NCBI GenBank assembly: GCA_015523565.1
Contig: WAKA01000089.1
Location: 1-12,719 of the forward strand
Reading direction: 5' to 3'
Length of the DNA: 12,719 nt
From: Candidatus Heimdallarchaeota archaeon
GTDB taxonomy: Archaea; Asgardarchaeota; Heimdallarchaeia; Heimdallarchaeales; Kariarchaeaceae
Shown piece after piece: positions 8,123-12,719 of the stretch. Below the pieces are notes generated by a model. It did not search any database. It was not told the DNA's origin and saw only the letters and a program-made list of their open reading frames with translations. Each line of letters starts with the position of its first letter. Positions within the stretch are counted from its first letter, which is position 1. A program made the translations under genes and the position numbers.

Positions 8123-11100
8123 TCACCACTCCAGTTTCTTTAATTTCTTCACAAGGACGAAGGTATCCCTATTGACACCCACAGGTCCCCAATAATTGAA
8201 GCCATAAGTCCATTGTGCATAGCCCCCTGCAAGCAAGAGAGGGTTCAATTTAATACGTGTCAAACTATTATGTCCACCGCCTCTTCGTCCACGTTCATTG
8301 GATTTCGGTACTGAAACAGTACGTTCGGGGGAATGGTAGATCCAACAGGTGCCACGTGGAATACGGGAACTGACAATGATACGGGTGACAACAACACCAT
8401 TGTCATTGATCACCTCAACCCAATCATTGTCCTCAACGCCAATCTTTTTGGCATCATCAGGATGAATCCAAGCGGGATAGCAGCCACGACTGAGTTCTTG
8501 CATCCTCAGGTTGTCACCATAGGTAGAGTGAATGTGCCATTTACCATGTGGTGTAATATAGTTGAGCAGGACACTTTGATTTTTATCTGTACTGTCAACA
8601 TCACCAGTGACAGATGGATCGAGTTTTGGCTTGAAGGTTGCAAACTGTTCACCAAAATCAATATACAATGGGTGATCAAGATAGAGGTGCTGCCTGCCTG
8701 TCAGGGTTCTCCATGGCACAAGCTTGTCAATGTTTTGTGAATAACCTGCATATGCCCTTCCTTCATTGACAATACCAGACCAGAAGGGAGAAGTCAGAAC
8801 CCTGCGAGGTTGTTTTTTGAGATCTTCAAATGTGTATCTGACACCCCTGTTCTTTTCAGCAAGCTCTGCGAGGTTGGTCAATCCCGTCTTCTTCTCAAGA
8901 TCCAAAAATGCACGGTAAGCAAGTTCACCATTTGTTTCAGGTGCAAGAGCCAATATTAGATTGATTGCATCCAAGGCATCCTCAAGTCTTGGATAGCGGT
9001 TACCACCCCATTCAATAGCCCTCAAATGCTTTGGATCAGGAGATCGTGTGGTAGGTTGACTTGCCAAGTAATCATAAATGTCCTCGATTGGGAATTGGAT
9101 ACCATGAGCTTTGAGCCCATTAGCCCTTGCCTTTGGTCCATAGGAGATAAATCTCTTGTATAAATCAACATAATTTCTCTCCGTTATGGCAAGCTTAAAG
9201 CCTGTTTTGCCAGGGATATATTCAACCTCATCATATTTCCAATCCCTGATTTCAGGTTGCATCATTTCATCAGGGGAATCATGGGCAAGCGGCTTAGTAA
9301 CAATATCTTTGACAGGTTCAGGCAGGTATTCTTCTGCAAGCTCACTTACTTTTTTCGCAAACGATTTGAATATGTCCCAATCGGAACGGGCTTCCCAAGC
9401 TGGAGGGGTTGCTTGACCCAATGGGTGAACAAATGAATGCATATCTGTAGTATTGAGGTCATTCTTTTCATACCACATTGCAGTGGGCAAGACGATGTCT
9501 GAATAAAGTGCAGAAGTATCCATCCTGAAATTGATGTCAACAACAAGATCCATTTTTCCAGCAGGAGGATCACGGTATACAACATCCTGCAATTTATCCT
9601 TGGCTTTCTCTTCCTTGATGAGATTATCCTTTGTACCAAGATAATGTCTCAAAAAGAATTCATGCCCTTTTGCACTTGACATGAGTGCATTCCCCCTCCA
9701 AATGAAGAAGACACGAGGCCAGTTTTCTGGTGCATCTGGATCCTCAACTGAAAGCTTGAGCTCTCCCTTATTGATTTTCTCAGCCACAAATTTCTTGATA
9801 TCATCATCGGAAGTGTATCCTGCCTCGTTTGCCTCTTGAATAATTTGGAGTGGGCTCTTGTTGAATTGAGGATAGAATGGCATCCAACCATTCCTGACTG
9901 CACGGGCAATGTGATCAGCCACATGACCCTTTGCATATTTAGCATCTCCAGGAACTGACGCATAATCCGTGAATTCACCCTCATACCTGAACTGATCTGA
10001 ATGAATATAGTGCCAAATTGGAGTTTGTTGCACACGAGGTGGTGCAACCCAGTCTGTAGCCATTGCAACAGACAACCAAGATGTCATAAGTGTCAGTTTC
10101 TCCTGACCAACATAGTGATTAAGACCACCACCGTTTCTACCCACACAACCTGTAAGAATCAAGGCAGTGATGGGACCACGATACATGAGGCTATTGTAAT
10201 ACCAATGATTAACCCCTGCACCAGTGATAACCATGGATCTGCCTTCTGTCAATTCTGCATTAGTAGCAAATTCACGTGCAAACTTAACAACTGTGTCCTT
10301 TCCAATTCCTGTGAATTTTTCTTGCCAAGCAGGGGTATAAGCGATGTCCGCGTCGTCATATGATGAGGGATATTCTCCATCCAATCCTCTAGGTACACCA
10401 AAGTGACCAAACAAGAGATCCATTGAAGTGGTAACGTAAGCAGTCCCATTCTCTGTCTCAACTTTCTTGACAGGCACACCACGGACAATGGTTTTCTTTT
10501 CACCATATTCAGGGAATTCGACCATCAAGACTTCATCATGATCACCCAAAAGAGATAGTTGTGGATCAATGTCCTTCCCATTGACATCTTTCAGATTCAA
10601 GTTCCATTTACCCCTATCCTCCTTGGCATGCCTGAAACCCAATGTTCCAATGGGCAATACGATTTTCTTCTCTTTTTCATCAAATACAACAAGCTTCCAA
10701 TCCCCGTTTTCAGCATCCTTGAATTCTTTCAATCGATTTGCCCTAAAGAACTGCCCAGGAGAGTAATTGTTTCCTTTCTTGACCAATTCAACCAAGAAAG
10801 GTGAATCACTGTATTTCTTCAAGTATTCTACAAAGTAAGGCACTTGTCGGTCGACGAAATATTCCTTGAGAATTACATGGTTTACAGCACACCACATTGC
10901 AGAATCCGTTCCTGCCTTTATTGGGATCCACCAATCAGAGAACTTAGCGGCCATGCTAAAGTCAGGTGCGATACAAACAAACTTTGCGCCGACATATTTT
11001 GCCTCTGAAATGAAGTGAACATCAGGAGTCCTTGTCATGCTAAGATTTGATCCCATTGAGACAATGTATCTTGCATTATACCAATCAGCACTTTCTGCAA

Positions 11101-11764
11101 CATCAGTTTGTTCACCCCAAGTTTCGGGGAATGAATTTGGCAGGTCACAATACCAATCATAGAAACTTAGGTTAACCCCTCCCAACAATTGCAGGAATCT
11201 ACTTCCACCACCATAGGAGAGATAGCTCATGGCTGGAATGGGTGAAAATCCAAAAATCCTGTCAGGACCATATTTTTTAATGGTGTAGATCAAGGACACA
11301 GCAATTATCTCAAGGGCTTCATCCCAGGATATCCTTTTGAAACCGCCCATCCCCCTTGCCTGCTGATAGGATTTCCGATTGTTTTCGTTTTCCACAATTG
11401 AAGCCCATGCGTCAATCAAGTCCTTATGTTGCTTCTTTGCATTTCGCCAAAGGTTAAACAAAGTTTTCCTGATGTAAGGATATTTTACACGCAATGGACT
11501 GTAGACATACCAAGATGCGGAAATACCTCTTTGACAACCTCTTGGTTCATAAGGTGGAAGATTGTCTTCCAATAGGGGATAATCGGTTGCCTGCAATTCC
11601 CATGTGATTATTCCATCTTTCACAAAGATATTCCACGAACAGCCACCAGTACAATTTACCCCATGGGTGGATCTGATGACTTTGTCATATTGCCACCTGT
11701 TTCTGTAGAATTCTTCCCATTGTCTGCTCTTTGGATTTAATAGGTCAGTTATCCAGTTTCCCAT
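8123..11764 (-). CDS. narG: Type II DMSO-reductase-family Mo-bisPGD alpha subunit (nitrate reductase NarG / Nitrobacter-type NxrA), cytoplasmic, 1213 aa
   Basis: FS0 ligands H34-C38-C42-C77 ([10 protein letters not shown]...PRGC) and Mo-ligand Asp region [24 protein letters not shown]. Further motifs [39 protein letters not shown] and [12 protein letters not shown]. No twin-arginine signal. RBS GAGGTGA at 11769-11775. Confidence 0.97.
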   Translation of the reverse strand: MGNWITDLLNPKSRQWEEFYRNRWQYDKVIRSTHGVNCTGGCSWNIFVKDGIITWELQATDYPLLEDNLPPYEPRGCQRGISASWYVYSPLRVKYPYIRKTLFNLWRNAKKQHKDLIDAWASIVENENNRKSYQQARGMGGFKRISWDEALEIIAVSLIYTIKKYGPDRIFGFSPIPAMSYLSYGGGSRFLQLLGGVNLSFYDWYCDLPNSFPETWGEQTDVAESADWYNARYIVSMGSNLSMTRTPDVHFISEAKYVGAKFVCIAPDFSMAAKFSDWWIPIKAGTDSAMWCAVNHVILKEYFVDRQVPYFVEYLKKYSDSPFLVELVKKGNNYSPGQFFRANRLKEFKDAENGDWKLVVFDEKEKKIVLPIGTLGFRHAKEDRGKWNLNLKDVNGKDIDPQLSLLGDHDEVLMVEFPEYGEKKTIVRGVPVKKVETENGTAYVTTSMDLLFGHFGVPRGLDGEYPSSYDDADIAYTPAWQEKFTGIGKDTVVKFAREFATNAELTEGRSMVITGAGVNHWYYNSLMYRGPITALILTGCVGRNGGGLNHYVGQEKLTLMTSWLSVAMATDWVAPPRVQQTPIWHYIHSDQFRYEGEFTDYASVPGDAKYAKGHVADHIARAVRNGWMPFYPQFNKSPLQIIQEANEAGYTSDDDIKKFVAEKINKGELKLSVEDPDAPENWPRVFFIWRGNALMSSAKGHEFFLRHYLGTKDNLIKEEKAKDKLQDVVYRDPPAGKMDLVVDINFRMDTSALYSDIVLPTAMWYEKNDLNTTDMHSFVHPLGQATPPAWEARSDWDIFKSFAKKVSELAEEYLPEPVKDIVTKPLAHDSPDEMMQPEIRDWKYDEVEYIPGKTGFKLAITERNYVDLYKRFISYGPKARANGLKAHGIQFPIEDIYDYLASQPTTRSPDPKHLRAIEWGGNRYPRLEDALDAINLILALAPETNGELAYRAFLDLEKKTGLTNLAELAEKNRGVRYTFEDLKKQPRRVLTSPFWSGIVNEGRAYAGYSQNIDKLVPWRTLTGRQHLYLDHPLYIDFGEQFATFKPKLDPSVTGDVDSTDKNQSVLLNYITPHGKWHIHSTYGDNLRMQELSRGCYPAWIHPDDAKKIGVEDNDWVEVINDNGVVVTRIIVSSRIPRGTCWIYHSPERTVSVPKSNERGRRGGGHNSLTRIKLNPLLLAGGYAQWTYGFNYWGPVGVNRDTFVLVKKLKKLEW

Positions 11765-11773
11765 AATTTCACC

Positions 11774-12514
11774 TCAATAGTATTTACTGTTTTTCCATAC
11801 CACAAAAGCGATGAAAGCAATAAATGCCCAGAAAAGTATAGGGGCAATTGGACTTTCATCTTGTGATGCCTGTCCTGATTCACCCAATTGAACTGTGGAT
11901 TGGGCAGGTGTCTTGCTCGAATCGGCAATCTCAACAGTTAGGAGATTGGAACGCCATGTGTGATAAGTAAGTTCATCTGAACTTTCATGTGCTGCGAAAA
12001 AGAAACCATATGTATTTCCAACCTCCCAATTATGATCTTGCCCTGCTGTATCGGATGATTGAAGTGGAAAAATGATTTCAATTGTGGTTATCCCATTTTC
12101 TTCCTTTCCTGCACCTTGAATTGTGATTTGATCAGCATCTTCATTCGGCGCAACATTTCCGGTTGAGAAATAATCCTTTGAAATTAATTTCCCGTCCTTT
12201 ACTGAAGAAATGATCATATCCGCCCCAGCCATTCCTTTTCCAGGTTCGTTCATTCCAAAACCAATCCAGCCAGAAAGTTGACCAGTCATAGCCAACGCAA
12301 TGTGAGTATTGTTGTGACCCCATGAGACAGATAAAAACTTGGAACCATCACTAGCTGCCGTAACATCAAATGTTGTAGGATATTCATTCTCGCTGACAGT
12401 ACCATCCAACACAAGATTAGAGAAATCCGAATAGTAAAGTGTTGTATCTGCGGCTTTCACAACCTGAAAGTGAAAAAGCAGAATTAACAATAAAACATAT
12501 AGTTTTATTCGCAT
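11774..12514 (-). CDS. Exported, C-terminally membrane-anchored DOMON-domain protein (putative Met/His heme b)
   Basis: Signal peptide (MRIKLYVLLLILLFHFQVVKA/A) and DOMON core motif GWIGFGMNEPGKGMAGADMII (Met95). Also DYFSTG..P..D, TTIEIIFPL and terminal-strand YH (His185). Ser/Gln linker, TM helix at about aa 223-240, short basic tail. The stop codon overlaps the narG RBS (9-nt gap). Confidence 0.88.
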   Translation of the reverse strand: MRIKLYVLLLILLFHFQVVKAADTTLYYSDFSNLVLDGTVSENEYPTTFDVTAASDGSKFLSVSWGHNNTHIALAMTGQLSGWIGFGMNEPGKGMAGADMIISSVKDGKLISKDYFSTGNVAPNEDADQITIQGAGKEENGITTIEIIFPLQSSDTAGQDHNWEVGNTYGFFFAAHESSDELTYHTWRSNLLTVEIADSSKTPAQSTVQLGESGQASQDESPIAPILFWAFIAFIAFVVWKNSKYY

Positions 12515-12572
12515 GAATTACTATACATCCCTCAGTAATTAAAAGTATTTGAGACCGAAAGGAAAGTAATTC
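12515..12572. promoter_or_regulatory. Candidate operator: AATTACT-N11-AGTAATT inverted repeat plus extra half-sites
   Basis: AATTACT at 12516-12522, AGTAATT at 12534-12540, AGTATTT at 12544-12550 and AGTAATTC at 12565-12572. Confidence 0.35.
12537..12545 (-). promoter_or_regulatory. Candidate archaeal TATA box (CTTTTAATT) for the DOMON-narGHJIK operon
   Basis: Lies 22 nt upstream of ATG 12514, a spacing that fits a leaderless or near-leaderless archaeal transcript. The same 9-mer precedes the MFS gene. Confidence 0.5.
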
Positions 12573-12582
12573 ACAATAAAAA

Positions 12583-12600
12583 ATTTTTTTGGAAAAAAAT
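12583..12600. repeat. A/T-tract inverted repeat ATTTTTTT-GG-AAAAAAAT (possible bidirectional oligo-T terminator or DNA-bending element)
   Basis: Perfect 8-bp inverted repeat giving T7 on both strands, in the intergenic region upstream of the operon promoter. Confidence 0.35.
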
Positions 12601-12719
12601 CCGAAACTAGGGAGACAATCATGGATTTTTGAAAACAGGATATCAAAATGGTATTAGATACGAAAGAATAATTTGGCGGGAACATTAACAGATTGCTATA
12701 TTTTTTTTCTGTAATATTC

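Noticed and set aside
7130-10804. Short alternative-frame and antisense ORFs inside narH/narG (e.g. 8333-8740, 9649-10068, 10001-10363), and similar ones within ORF1, the MFS gene, narK and the DOMON gene
   Set aside because: They lie within well-supported genes and show no recognisable motifs, so they are most likely shadow ORFs.
8123-11764. Perchlorate/chlorate/selenate reductase or Nitrospira-type periplasmic NXR, suggested by the adjacent DOMON gene
   Set aside because: Those enzymes have Tat-exported alpha subunits, shorter beta subunits and no NarI. Here the sizes (1213 and 503 aa), lack of Tat and presence of narI/narJ/narK fit the NarG/Nitrobacter-type lineage.
12696-12719. Possible 3' end of an upstream minus-strand gene (...EYYRKKI-stop)
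   Set aside because: Only 7 sense codons are visible, which cannot support a CDS call.

Overview
The window holds a complete, tightly coupled minus-strand operon: an exported DOMON (putative heme b) protein, then narG, narH, narJ, narI and narK. A separately promoted generic MFS transporter follows, converging on a 5'-truncated, secreted parallel beta-helix surface glycoprotein on the plus strand. The Mo-bisPGD alpha subunit has no Tat signal and is paired with NarI and NarK, so it is the cytoplasm-facing bacterial type. From recall of family sequences, it looks closest to the Nitrobacter/Nitrococcus/Nitrolancea NxrA-like branch of the NarG/NXR family. The flanking gene and the expression signals (TATA-like boxes 20-22 nt before start codons, GGTGA ribosome-binding sites, oligo-T tracts) point to an archaeal host, plausibly Asgard/Heimdallarchaeia (inference). 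The most unusual element is the membrane-anchored external DOMON protein with candidate Met/His heme ligands, in the position where Thermus has cytochrome c NarC and Nitrobacter has a cytochrome c gene. It suggests an undescribed Nar/NXR architecture with an outer-face heme b electron-transfer module.
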